From IMG/VR virus record IMGVR_UViG_3300020463_000018, positions 2,383 through 66,382 of that record: DNA of 64,000 nt; one strand, written 5' to 3'. Position 1 is the first letter of the stretch, and each line of letters opens with the position of its first letter. This stretch comes from a virus. Both the position numbers and the translations under genes were made by a program. Positions 39,795 to 49,895 of this stretch are shown here, one piece after another. Below the pieces are notes generated by a model. The model ran no database searches. It was not told the origin of the DNA and saw only the letters and a program-made list of their open reading frames with translations.

Positions 39795-41191
39795 CAACAA
39801 AGAAGGTGATACCTATCTGGAAGAGCGACGGAAGTTGTGCAGAAGAAAGCGATAATAAAGTTTTCTGTATGGCTCCATGGTCTCATACCTATATATCGCC
39901 TCAAGGTGAACGTAGACTTTGTTGTGCATCACGTGAAGAACACTCATTCCAAAAACAATACATAGATGCATCAAACGATGAACGATATGGAAAAGTAAAA
40001 GATTCAAAAACAGATGCAGATGATTTTAATCCATTGACGTTAGATGAGCATTGGAATAGTTCTTACATGAAAGACATTAGAAAAAAACTAATGGCTGGAG
40101 AACGTATACCTCAATGCGATGTTTGTAATGATGATATTCTAAGTTTATCATCTTATCGTAAATGGTTTACTGGTGTGTTATTCAGAGATAAGATACAAGA
40201 AGCATTTGATAATACAGACGAAGATGGGCATACATCAATGCCTGCTATATCTTTTGATTATAGATATTCAAACTTATGTAATTTCAAATGTCGTATGTGT
40301 GGTGAACAGTTATCAAGTTCATGGGAAGCAGAAAAGAAGAAACATGGAATGTGGTCTATTGAAAATCAACCATTCATGCAACCTACTGTAAAACAAAAGA
40401 TGGTTAAGTTTCAACGTACTGTAGTTGAGCCTGAATTTAAAAAAGCAATCAGCGATGGTATAGTAGAAGAAATCTATTGGGTAGGAGGAGAACCATTAAT
40501 GTATGATATACATTGGTGGGCTTTAAATGAAATGGTTGCTAATGGCTCAGCAAAGAATTGTCATTTAAGATATAACTCTAACTTGTCAAGAACTACATTT
40601 AAAGGTATGGAGTTATTTGATTATCTACCTAAGTTTAAAAACTGGTTGATGTGTGCAAGTATTGATGGCACAGGAGATATCGTAGAGTTTATTCGTAAAG
40701 GTATTGTATGGGACGAGTGGTTAGCTAACTTTAAGAAAGGACTAGCGGCACCTCATGGTAAAGAAAGAATGTTATTTGACTTGACTATTACAGGACCAGG
40801 CATGTTTAGTATTAAAGATTTATTTGATTTGAGTTTAGAATTAGATGTAAGGATAGAAACAAAGATTATGTTCGCCTTTCATGCTGACATTGTGATGAGT
40901 CCTTTTGCATGGCCTAAACATATATTGACTAGACACTTAGATGAATTATTAGCTTATATTGAGCCAAAGGCTACTCCTAAGCAACAAACTCTAGTGAATA
41001 CGTTGAAGGGTATGAAAGAAAGACAAACGTTTGGAGAACAATGGCCTGAGACACATGAACAACAATTTTTTAATGGTAGAAACTATCAAGAGCAATTAGA
41101 CCGAATCAGACAAGAACAATTTAGATTAGAAGATATCTATAAAAGGGATCCAGAATTATATGAGTGGTGGACAAGACAGAAAAAGAATTAG
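39791..41191 (+). CDS. Radical SAM protein with N-terminal twitch domain
   Basis: CNFKCRMC; GGEP; N-terminal CMAPW...LCC...CDVC. Confidence 0.9.
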   Translation: MTTKKVIPIWKSDGSCAEESDNKVFCMAPWSHTYISPQGERRLCCASREEHSFQKQYIDASNDERYGKVKDSKTDADDFNPLTLDEHWNSSYMKDIRKKLMAGERIPQCDVCNDDILSLSSYRKWFTGVLFRDKIQEAFDNTDEDGHTSMPAISFDYRYSNLCNFKCRMCGEQLSSSWEAEKKKHGMWSIENQPFMQPTVKQKMVKFQRTVVEPEFKKAISDGIVEEIYWVGGEPLMYDIHWWALNEMVANGSAKNCHLRYNSNLSRTTFKGMELFDYLPKFKNWLMCASIDGTGDIVEFIRKGIVWDEWLANFKKGLAAPHGKERMLFDLTITGPGMFSIKDLFDLSLELDVRIETKIMFAFHADIVMSPFAWPKHILTRHLDELLAYIEPKATPKQQTLVNTLKGMKERQTFGEQWPETHEQQFFNGRNYQEQLDRIRQEQFRLEDIYKRDPELYEWWTRQKKN

Positions 41192-42029
41192 AGCATTTGG
41201 TTGCAGTCATACCGCACAACATCAATGGTTGTGGTTGTGTGCTAACATACCTGCGGATAAATTTACCACTAAACAATTTTGGGCTGAACTTAAAAATGAA
41301 TACAGACTAGGCAAACATCTAGGTATCAGTATTGATAGCGATTATAATCCGTGTTCATGGTCATCAGAAAATATAGATATGCAAAGTTGGGCAATGAGTG
41401 GATCTGGATTTGATGCACAAGTAAGTATGTGGAATACTTTACTACTCAATGATGATATTGATAAAGATGATATAATAATATTTCAGTTAACAAGTCCTCA
41501 CAGATTTACTATACCCATTAATGGTGATAGTACTAACTACTATGGAGCAAGACTGAGAGATAGTTATAATAACGGCACACTAGAGAAACACGGTTGTTTT
41601 CAGCTTATCGAAGATGAATACTTTACTGGAAAGCCAACATATGGATTTGATCCTTCTTGTTCAAATGTATTAGACATATCAAAACTAACAATGAATAACA
41701 AACATAATATATATGGGCAGACAGGTAGACTATCAGAATTTGATCCATTTAGAATGCACATGATATTATCATCATTGCTATCAATTAAATCTTTTAATAA
41801 AAAATTATTAGTGCTTGTAGGACATGAAGGTTCATTTTGGAGAAAGTCGCTTAGTAGATTATACGATGCGTTTGATAAATTTGATATTGATTATATGAAA
41901 GTAGGTATTGTAGAATTTGCTAAAGACAACAAGTACGGTGTAGAAAAAGATGGGCATAGTACACAACAAGGATATCAAGCATATTCAAATAATGTAAAAG
42001 CAAAGCTAAGACAAAAGGAATGGTTATAA
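41160..42029 (+). CDS. SGNH-like hydrolase fold protein
   Basis: AFGCSHT, WAMSGSG, FQLTSPHR, DGHST. Confidence 0.5.
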   Translation: MSGGQDRKRIRAFGCSHTAQHQWLWLCANIPADKFTTKQFWAELKNEYRLGKHLGISIDSDYNPCSWSSENIDMQSWAMSGSGFDAQVSMWNTLLLNDDIDKDDIIIFQLTSPHRFTIPINGDSTNYYGARLRDSYNNGTLEKHGCFQLIEDEYFTGKPTYGFDPSCSNVLDISKLTMNNKHNIYGQTGRLSEFDPFRMHMILSSLLSIKSFNKKLLVLVGHEGSFWRKSLSRLYDAFDKFDIDYMKVGIVEFAKDNKYGVEKDGHSTQQGYQAYSNNVKAKLRQKEWL

Positions 42030-43024
42030 TGAGTACACTTAGAATTATATTTTCCAGAAACCCTGCTAAGTCACCATTAAGAGGCGAATACAATTTACGT
42101 AAGCCTAATCCAAAAGATGATATCTATATACTTGATTGGAAATTGACAGACGGGTGTGCAACTACTGATAAGTTTATATCTTTAATGCAGGAAACATTTA
42201 GATTAGGTGCAATAAAACAATCGCCTGAGCATGATAGTAATGGTGTAAGAATTAATTATAATCTCTATCCTTCTATATCTCCTGATGAGTTTCGTCTTAT
42301 GAAAGAACGTTTAAATTCTGTAGTTAAAAAATGTGGTGAAATAGAAGGAGTTCCAAAAGCTGATACATCATTAGAATTAGATACAAGTACAACTGATTTA
42401 GAATTAGATAAACTAAATGCATTACATTTATATTTCGAAGATGTTTCAAATGACAAATCAGTAAACCTAAGAGAAGATTATCTTGATGGTGATATACAAA
42501 CATACTTAGAAGAAATTAATCAGTTAGTACATACAATGGAAGATTGGAGAGAACAAGATTGGGACGAATACTTTGGATCTGTCAGACTTGCTCCTAGACA
42601 TGGAGAAACATCAGAAGAATTAACGATGCCATTGCAAAAAGAAGATTATGCAAGATTTACAACCGACGCATACTTTGGAGATTTGATGCTTGACTATTTT
42701 AGAATTGGAAAAGACTTAGATGCATGTAGATTGACAAACGATACTAAGCTAGTTCGAACTAGAGGATTAGCACAACAAAATACAGTACATACTTGCTTTT
42801 CGTTTTTATTTCATAAGTATCTTAATGGTTTTACTTGGCAATGGAAGGGCATTGATGAGTGGATTGAAGAAAATAATCTAGGAGAGTATTATGATTATAC
42901 TGCTCCTGAGTTTACTAAAGGTAGAGTATGTTTAGGAAAATTAGATATGCGAGGGAAAACAATAGAACAACTTATGCCTGAAGTTATGAAAATTACAGGT
43001 ATAATAAACGTGGAAATAATTTAA
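42029..43024 (+). CDS. Hypothetical protein
   Basis: LNALHLYFE...INQLVHTME...FGDLMLDY..IGK pattern; TAATG coupling. Confidence 0.7.
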   Translation: MSTLRIIFSRNPAKSPLRGEYNLRKPNPKDDIYILDWKLTDGCATTDKFISLMQETFRLGAIKQSPEHDSNGVRINYNLYPSISPDEFRLMKERLNSVVKKCGEIEGVPKADTSLELDTSTTDLELDKLNALHLYFEDVSNDKSVNLREDYLDGDIQTYLEEINQLVHTMEDWREQDWDEYFGSVRLAPRHGETSEELTMPLQKEDYARFTTDAYFGDLMLDYFRIGKDLDACRLTNDTKLVRTRGLAQQNTVHTCFSFLFHKYLNGFTWQWKGIDEWIEENNLGEYYDYTAPEFTKGRVCLGKLDMRGKTIEQLMPEVMKITGIINVEII

Positions 43025-44211
43025 TGAATGATACTTTTTGTCCATTACTGTTTCAGCATTTAGCAACACACCCACATGGTGGGGTGACACATTGTTGTAT
43101 TGCGGATCACAGAAATGCATTAAGTAGTTCACGTGACGATAATAGATATTATAATTTAAATCGTGATACTGTTCAAGACACGATGAATTCTTTATCGTTT
43201 CGTAAAGCAAGATTAGAAGTATTAGATAATAAGAAACCACAAGCATGTGCTAGATGTTACGTAGAAGAATCAAAAGGCATGGCATCCAAACGTATAGAAG
43301 AAATTAAAAACTATCCTGAGTATACTCTAGAAGTCGCTAGGAACGCCACTGATAGCGATGGCTACATCAAAGACGTACAACTAGACTTTGTTGAATTAAG
43401 ATTAGGTAATGTATGTAATGTTGCATGTCGTACTTGTAACCCTGCGAGTTCAAGTAAGTGGAGAAATGATTATAATGAGTTACAAAAGAAAACTACTTTT
43501 CAATTAACAAGCTATGACACAATGGAAGGATTTAGATGGCCAGAACGTGAAGGATTCTGGGAAGATTTATTAAAACATTGTGACCATGTTAAAACATTTT
43601 ACATCAACGGTGGTGAGCCAACTTTAATCAAACAACACTTTAAGTTTTTAGAAAAACTTGTAGAGATGGGTAAAACAGATATCAAACTATGGTATAATAT
43701 CAACATGACTAATATGAATGATAAAGTTATAGACTTGTGGAGAAAGTTTGATAAAGTAAAAGTAAGTTGCAGTATTGATGACTTAGGAGATAGAAATCAT
43801 TACATCAGATATCCTACACAATGGGAATCAGTAATTAAAAACTTCTTGAGATTAAAAGAAGAAGGCTTTGAATTAGATGTAACACAAACAGTATCATGGA
43901 TGAACTATTCTACACTAGGAGATTTTTATAACTTCTTTAATAGAGAACACGGTGTTCATGTACATCACAACTATGTATATGATCCTGATATTTTATCTCC
44001 AGCAGTGTTACCAAAAGAATTAAGAGAACGTATACATAATAAGTTTTCAAACGTATTTGATAAATGGAAACTAGATGAATTTAAAAATATGTTTGGAAAT
44101 GCTGATAGAAAAAACAAATGGCAACAAGCTATAGAATATACAAAGAACTTAGACGAGATAAGAAAGCAAGATATAAAAGACTATCTGCCTGAGTTTAAGG
44201 AGTACTTCTAA
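43024..44211 (+). CDS. Radical SAM protein with N-terminal twitch domain
   Basis: CNVACRTC; GGEP; N-terminal CPLLF...HCC...CARC. Confidence 0.9.
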   Translation: MNDTFCPLLFQHLATHPHGGVTHCCIADHRNALSSSRDDNRYYNLNRDTVQDTMNSLSFRKARLEVLDNKKPQACARCYVEESKGMASKRIEEIKNYPEYTLEVARNATDSDGYIKDVQLDFVELRLGNVCNVACRTCNPASSSKWRNDYNELQKKTTFQLTSYDTMEGFRWPEREGFWEDLLKHCDHVKTFYINGGEPTLIKQHFKFLEKLVEMGKTDIKLWYNINMTNMNDKVIDLWRKFDKVKVSCSIDDLGDRNHYIRYPTQWESVIKNFLRLKEEGFELDVTQTVSWMNYSTLGDFYNFFNREHGVHVHHNYVYDPDILSPAVLPKELRERIHNKFSNVFDKWKLDEFKNMFGNADRKNKWQQAIEYTKNLDEIRKQDIKDYLPEFKEYF

Positions 44212-45449
44212 TGTATTTCTATAATGATATTCTTCATGTAGACTTAGAGATGAGTAGTCTTTGCAATCTCAAATGTCCTATATGCAATAGAAGAAACGGA
44301 GGTGGAATCAAGAATACCGGATACAAAGAAACGTATCTATCTCTTGAAAGGTTCAAAGAATGGTTTGATGAATCATTTATAGAACAGTTATATTCTATGC
44401 AAATGTGTGGCAACTATGGCGATGCTATGACTAATCCTCAATTAGTACCTGTACTACAGTTTATAAAAGAAAGAAACCCTACTATAGGGTTGACAATGAA
44501 TTCAAATGCAAGTGGTAGAAATGAAAAATTCTGGGCAGACTTAGGAGTGTTATTTTCTGATAATAAAAAATCTTTATTGACATTTAGTGTAGATGGGTTA
44601 GAAGATACTAATCACATATACAGAAGAGGAACACATTGGTCTAAGATAATGACTGCTATGAAATCTTTTATAGGTGCAGGTGGACAAGCCGCATGGGAGT
44701 TTCTAGTATTCAAACACAATCAGCATCAAGTAGAAGAAGCAAGACAAATGGCGTTAGATATGGGGTTTGCACACTTCTATGCTAAAGAACCACTAGGCTT
44801 TGTAAATAGACCTATGTCAGAGCATGGTAAAAATTATAATTCATGGATGCGAGTATTTAAAGATAACGGAGACTTAGATTATATTATTGAACCTAAAGAC
44901 AAAACAAAAAACACAAGCGAGATAAAATTATATCTAAAAGAATCTGGGTTTACTAAATCAGATGAAGATGTTGACTCTTTAGCTTTAGCTAAGAAATTTA
45001 ATGATCCAAATATATTCAGACAATTACCTACTGAAAAAGCAACTATCAAAAAAGATAGAGTGTTGTCTGAATGGGAACAAAAGTTAGGAAGAACAAAAAT
45101 CGATTGTATAGTGATTAAACCTAGAAGTATATTTGTAGGACATGATGGTTTAGTTTTCCCATGTTGTTTCACGGCGAGTAAATACTATGGTAATCCTAAC
45201 TCACATGAGGTATCACAACTACAAGATTTTATAAATGATTATGGACCAAGAAATATAAGTCTAGAACACAATCATCTAAGAGACATAATTGATGGCGATA
45301 TGTTTCAAGGAAGATGGGTAGACAACTTCAACGATAATGATATAAGAAATAAAAGACTTATCACTTGTTCTTTATTCTGTGGCAAAGAGACAAACGAAAA
45401 TTACATGAACACAAGAAAGAGTGTACAACTAGATAGGAATTTAATTTAG
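44211..45449 (+). CDS. Radical SAM protein with C-terminal SPASM/twitch domain
   Basis: CNLKCPIC; CGNYGD; FSVDGLEDTNHIYR; C-terminal C..DGLVFPCC..CSLFC. Confidence 0.88.
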   Translation: MYFYNDILHVDLEMSSLCNLKCPICNRRNGGGIKNTGYKETYLSLERFKEWFDESFIEQLYSMQMCGNYGDAMTNPQLVPVLQFIKERNPTIGLTMNSNASGRNEKFWADLGVLFSDNKKSLLTFSVDGLEDTNHIYRRGTHWSKIMTAMKSFIGAGGQAAWEFLVFKHNQHQVEEARQMALDMGFAHFYAKEPLGFVNRPMSEHGKNYNSWMRVFKDNGDLDYIIEPKDKTKNTSEIKLYLKESGFTKSDEDVDSLALAKKFNDPNIFRQLPTEKATIKKDRVLSEWEQKLGRTKIDCIVIKPRSIFVGHDGLVFPCCFTASKYYGNPNSHEVSQLQDFINDYGPRNISLEHNHLRDIIDGDMFQGRWVDNFNDNDIRNKRLITCSLFCGKETNENYMNTRKSVQLDRNLI

Positions 45450-45455
45450 GGAACA

Positions 45456-48122
45456 ATGTTTTATAATAAGAAAACACTAAGAACAGATAGAATAAAAACA
45501 ACTTGGCATCACCCGAAAGGTGCTATTACAGGCAATGTATATGATTACGATATGTATGAAAATTACATTGACGAAATAGATCCTAGTGCCAGATATGAAA
45601 AGTATTATTTTATTTCACCTTTTATTGCAGTTAGACAATATGAAGAACGTCTTAACAAAATGGGCGAGCCATATAACTATCATAAAGCTATTGATATGAT
45701 AGTTAGTGATGCAATTAAATCACAGACAATAAATGACGATTTAGAAGAAGGTAATACTTGTGTTATCTTTGATATGGGTGTTGAACATATTGAAAGAGAA
45801 GTGTATGATAAAATTAACGCACACTTCAAGAAAAGCAAACATAGTAACAATGTCAAGTATTGGACAATGATTGAAAATTGTAACTGGACAGATGTTATAG
45901 AAATTGTTAGTGCATCAAGTAGTACTTGTAGATTTGCAGATTGGGATTATGAAAAAGGTATAGCACAAGCAGATCCAGAATACTTTGAAACACATTATGC
46001 ACCAGAGATAGAAAGTTTAATACCTAAACATGTTCTATTTCTAAACAGGAGATTAAGAAGTCATAGAGTTTTACTTATGGCAGAATTCTTATACAGAAAA
46101 GAAAATATTAATAAAAACTTCCATTTGAGTTTTCTAGGTTCAGAGAATGAAAACATTACAAAAGAAATGGAAAAGAAAACATTGTTAGGATATTCATGGA
46201 ACTTTGAGCATCTTGACAAAAAAGTTTTTGAAGAATTATGGGACGATTGGTATGGCAACAAACTTCCATATTCGCTAGAAACAAGCAGAGATGAATGGTT
46301 AGCAGGTTCTAACTTGAATAGAGTTACAGAGATGTTACCTTTTAGAAGAAAGTCGTATGTAGAACTTATTACAGAGTTTACTACGACAAATGATGGTTAC
46401 GTTTGTGTAAGTGAGAAATTATCACAAGCTATTTTATCTAAGAAGCCATTCATCATTGCTGGCGATAAACATTATATAAAAGTACTAAAGACATTAGGAT
46501 TCAAAACGTTCAGTGATTTCTGGGACGAAGGGTATGATGAATTAGATTACAATGATAGATTACTTTCTATTGTTGACACAGTACAAGACATTATTAAAAA
46601 TACTGAAATAAAAACAGATAGTGACAACAATATTATCTATTCAGATAAGATGCAAGAAATACTAGAATACAATTATAATCATTACAAAAAAGTATATGCA
46701 CCTAATGTATATAAAAGAATATTTAGGTCTTTATCTGTAGGCAATGTATATGTAGATAAACCAGGACTTACTAAAGAAAATATTGGCAAGTACGAATGGA
46801 CTAATAGTCAAGTCTGGTATCAAGAGTCAAGTAACATCGTATATATTCCTGTATATGGAATTGCTGATTATTTTTTCTACGATGTGATTGCTCCTGAGTT
46901 AGGATTTAGATTAATGGATAAAAAGTTTTTAGACTTAACTAAAACAAGAAACTTAGTATTCACTAGAAATCCTGCAAAGAGATTTAGTTACGGGTTAAGT
47001 AAGTTAGAAAACAAAGATAATTTTTCTTTAAGCAATTTATACTTACAGCCTCAAACATCATTCTATGACCAAAATCATATTCATTGTACTATAGACATAG
47101 ATGCACCTAATACTAATGGATTACATGTAGGTACTAATTGGGGCTATGGCAAAGAAGAAGGATTCGGTGAAAGAGAATTAGTACGAGATATATACCTATT
47201 GTTTGAAAAGTATTATACACCCGAAGAATTTCCTGAAGTAATAATGTCAGATGAAGTAAAAGAATATTATAAGAAAGACTTTATGTATTACTATAAAAGA
47301 GGTTCTTGGAGATTTAAAAAAGCAAACAATCAAGATAATATATCATCGAAGTTTAAAGAATATATGAAAAACTTCAATGTCGAATTTAAAGATGAATTAA
47401 AAAAGATATCTGCTACAACACATTCTGAATATTTTAAAGGTAGTTTAAAAGAAGGTTACTGGTTAAATCATCAAATGATAATGGACAATCTAGGATTGTG
47501 CTTTGCACCTAAAGATATAAAGATACTAGATGTAGGAACACACTTTGGTTTTATACCTCACTTTTTAAAACGAGAAGGATTTACAAATGTTAATTGTTGT
47601 AACTCATATAAAGAAGCAGGTGATACATTACCAGAGTTAAAAAATATATGGAACATAATGGGAATTAGACCATATGATTTACATATACATACTAAAAAAC
47701 GATTTGAATTAGACCAAAAATATGATATAATATTCATTACTATGTCAAATATATTTTGGAGATCCGATAAGATTGTTAGATTACACGGAGGAAGTGTCAA
47801 TCAAGCATGGGAAATTGTGGATAAAAAAGGAGAGAAGAATACGTTCTTTACACCTTACGAAGTAGGAGATTTAGATTTCTTTATAAAAAATATATATGAG
47901 TTTCTTACTCCAGGAGGAGTAGCAGTAGTTCAACCTTATCCTTACGTATATAATATGTTTGAAGGATTTAAAGATGAACAATCAATGTTACAGTTTTATC
48001 AAAATCCTGAGATAGCACATGAAACTCCTAGGTCTACAGAACACAACCCTAATAAAGAACTAAATGACTTCTTTGTTATACAACGAGAAGGTAATAGAGA
48101 TGATGAAGGCCCGATATGGTAA
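45456..48122 (+). CDS. Multidomain protein: GT-B/GT10-like + degenerate sulfotransferase-like + class I methyltransferase
   Basis: LNRR.R.HR, VSEKL..AI..KKPFI, LGFKTF..FWDEGYD; RNPAKRF..PQT..YKKDF; ILDVGTHFG..LTPGG. Confidence 0.6.
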   Translation: MFYNKKTLRTDRIKTTWHHPKGAITGNVYDYDMYENYIDEIDPSARYEKYYFISPFIAVRQYEERLNKMGEPYNYHKAIDMIVSDAIKSQTINDDLEEGNTCVIFDMGVEHIEREVYDKINAHFKKSKHSNNVKYWTMIENCNWTDVIEIVSASSSTCRFADWDYEKGIAQADPEYFETHYAPEIESLIPKHVLFLNRRLRSHRVLLMAEFLYRKENINKNFHLSFLGSENENITKEMEKKTLLGYSWNFEHLDKKVFEELWDDWYGNKLPYSLETSRDEWLAGSNLNRVTEMLPFRRKSYVELITEFTTTNDGYVCVSEKLSQAILSKKPFIIAGDKHYIKVLKTLGFKTFSDFWDEGYDELDYNDRLLSIVDTVQDIIKNTEIKTDSDNNIIYSDKMQEILEYNYNHYKKVYAPNVYKRIFRSLSVGNVYVDKPGLTKENIGKYEWTNSQVWYQESSNIVYIPVYGIADYFFYDVIAPELGFRLMDKKFLDLTKTRNLVFTRNPAKRFSYGLSKLENKDNFSLSNLYLQPQTSFYDQNHIHCTIDIDAPNTNGLHVGTNWGYGKEEGFGERELVRDIYLLFEKYYTPEEFPEVIMSDEVKEYYKKDFMYYYKRGSWRFKKANNQDNISSKFKEYMKNFNVEFKDELKKISATTHSEYFKGSLKEGYWLNHQMIMDNLGLCFAPKDIKILDVGTHFGFIPHFLKREGFTNVNCCNSYKEAGDTLPELKNIWNIMGIRPYDLHIHTKKRFELDQKYDIIFITMSNIFWRSDKIVRLHGGSVNQAWEIVDKKGEKNTFFTPYEVGDLDFFIKNIYEFLTPGGVAVVQPYPYVYNMFEGFKDEQSMLQFYQNPEIAHETPRSTEHNPNKELNDFFVIQREGNRDDEGPIW

Positions 48123-48994
48123 AATATTATATAGCTGGAGACAGAGGTCTAGTAGGAACTTGGTATAAGAAAAAGTATCCAGATGCAATAGGTGGTAACA
48201 CTTCAAATACTGATTATACGAAAGATGTAAATTTAAATAATCCAAGTCATGTTATAATCAATGCCGCTACAGTAGGTGGTCTACAAGAAGACATGGATAA
48301 AAGTTTTGAATTGATGTTGAGAAACTTAACGATACAAAACAATTTATTTTTAGCTTGTAAGAATGAAAAAGTAGATAGAGTATTGTTACAAGGAAGTACT
48401 TGTAGCTATCCAGAAGAAGGTGAACAACCTTATAAAGAAACACAACTTATGCAAGGTGAACCTTACCCTGTATATTTTCCAACTGCATTGCCTAAACTAA
48501 TGGGCATGTATCAATGCAGAGCAAGTAATGAAAAGTACGACACACATTGGCGTACTGCAATAAACACTAATATGTTTGGTCCACATGACAGAACAGGAGA
48601 ACACGCACATGTAATAGGTGCGTTAATGCAAAAGTTTGTTGATGCATGTATGCACAATACAAACAAAATTGAAATATGGGGATCCGGTAATCAAAGTAGA
48701 GATATTTTATATATTGAAGATGCCGTAGATGCCATGGATATTATTTTGAATAACGACAAGTATGATACTGTAAATGTATCAAGTGGTTATGAAGTATCTA
48801 TCAGAGAGATAGCTGAACTGTTAATTAAAGTGAGTGGATATAAAGGCAATCTATGGTTTAATAAAGATAGACCAGAAGGCATCAAGAACAGAGCGATTGA
48901 TAATACAAGACTAAAAGAATTAGGTTGGAAACCTAAATTTAGTTTAGAAGATGCGTTTGCAAAAACATACGAGTGGTATTGCGATGCGATATGA
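48116..48994 (+). CDS. GDP-L-fucose synthase-like epimerase/reductase (Fcl/WcaG family)
   Basis: GDRGLVG, AATVGG, GSTCSYP, NMFGPHD..HVIGAL, IWGSGNQSRDILY; YxxxK replaced by TALPK. Confidence 0.85.
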   Translation: MVKYYIAGDRGLVGTWYKKKYPDAIGGNTSNTDYTKDVNLNNPSHVIINAATVGGLQEDMDKSFELMLRNLTIQNNLFLACKNEKVDRVLLQGSTCSYPEEGEQPYKETQLMQGEPYPVYFPTALPKLMGMYQCRASNEKYDTHWRTAINTNMFGPHDRTGEHAHVIGALMQKFVDACMHNTNKIEIWGSGNQSRDILYIEDAVDAMDIILNNDKYDTVNVSSGYEVSIREIAELLIKVSGYKGNLWFNKDRPEGIKNRAIDNTRLKELGWKPKFSLEDAFAKTYEWYCDAI

Positions 48995-49895
48995 TTTTGC
49001 ATACATCGGTCCTAGTTGGGCAGTGCAAAGTTATTCATCTCCCCTTGGTTTAGAAGATAAAATAAAAGTTAACATAGGTGAAATGTTTTCACAAGAGTTT
49101 GGCTATGGGTTAGGTCATAATCAAAAACTTTGGTTAGCTTGTATGAGTGTAAGTAACTTCTGGTGTATAGAAGAAGTAAAAAGAAATCTAAAAGAATATC
49201 CTAACGTTCCAATTATATGGCTGACATGTGAACCACTAGGTGATTGTTATTATAATTCTAGTGAACATAGAATGTCTTGGCCTCATTACGAAGAAAAAGA
49301 AATACTAGATGATGGATCTAGTGTTGAAGAATTCATTGAGACACTATTATGTTCAGGTGATTGGCGTACTGCACGTTTGAAATTATTTGATATGTCATTG
49401 AAACGAATGAATGAGTTAGGTAATCCAATCGGAATATTAGGAAGTCATAGTGATATATTTCCTGAACAAGTAGAGCAATACGAAAACTTAACTGTAATAG
49501 AATCTAGTTGGCAAAAACATATAGCAGAAAAGTGTGACATAGATCCTTTAGAAAATTATATAGGTCCAGATTTCTATCATCAGACTATAAAGATATTCTT
49601 GAAAGATAAAGAAATTGTAGAACACATGAGTAAACATAATATTGATAAGCACATACACGATCCTGATAAAAGTGGAAAGTTAATGGACATGATTATGAAT
49701 AGAAAGAAAATCGATTGGGAAAGTAAGATAGATAGCGACTTGATAAATACAGTATACGATGTTTATAATCATTGGGAACGTTTTGAAGAAAACAAACTCT
49801 TTAATTGGGTACATCCAAGTATACAAGGAAACAAAATATTTTACAATAAAGTGAAATACAAGATAAAAGAATTTATAGATGATAACAAAAAATAG
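48984..49895 (+). CDS. Hypothetical protein, SGNH-like
   Basis: IGPSW at the N-terminus and VHPSIQG at the C-terminus. Confidence 0.5.
   Translation: MRYDFAYIGPSWAVQSYSSPLGLEDKIKVNIGEMFSQEFGYGLGHNQKLWLACMSVSNFWCIEEVKRNLKEYPNVPIIWLTCEPLGDCYYNSSEHRMSWPHYEEKEILDDGSSVEEFIETLLCSGDWRTARLKLFDMSLKRMNELGNPIGILGSHSDIFPEQVEQYENLTVIESSWQKHIAEKCDIDPLENYIGPDFYHQTIKIFLKDKEIVEHMSKHNIDKHIHDPDKSGKLMDMIMNRKKIDWESKIDSDLINTVYDVYNHWERFEENKLFNWVHPSIQGNKIFYNKVKYKIKEFIDDNKK

Noticed and set aside
30908-45449. RiPP cluster interpretation of the radical SAM array
   Set aside because: No short precursor peptide ORF, RRE/PqqD domain, peptidase or exporter is visible in the operon, and the neighbours are sugar enzymes; not excluded if a precursor lies elsewhere
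49742-49750. GATAAATAC inside a coding region upstream of DegT
   Set aside because: A short AT-rich motif expected by chance; intragenic and without the upstream element
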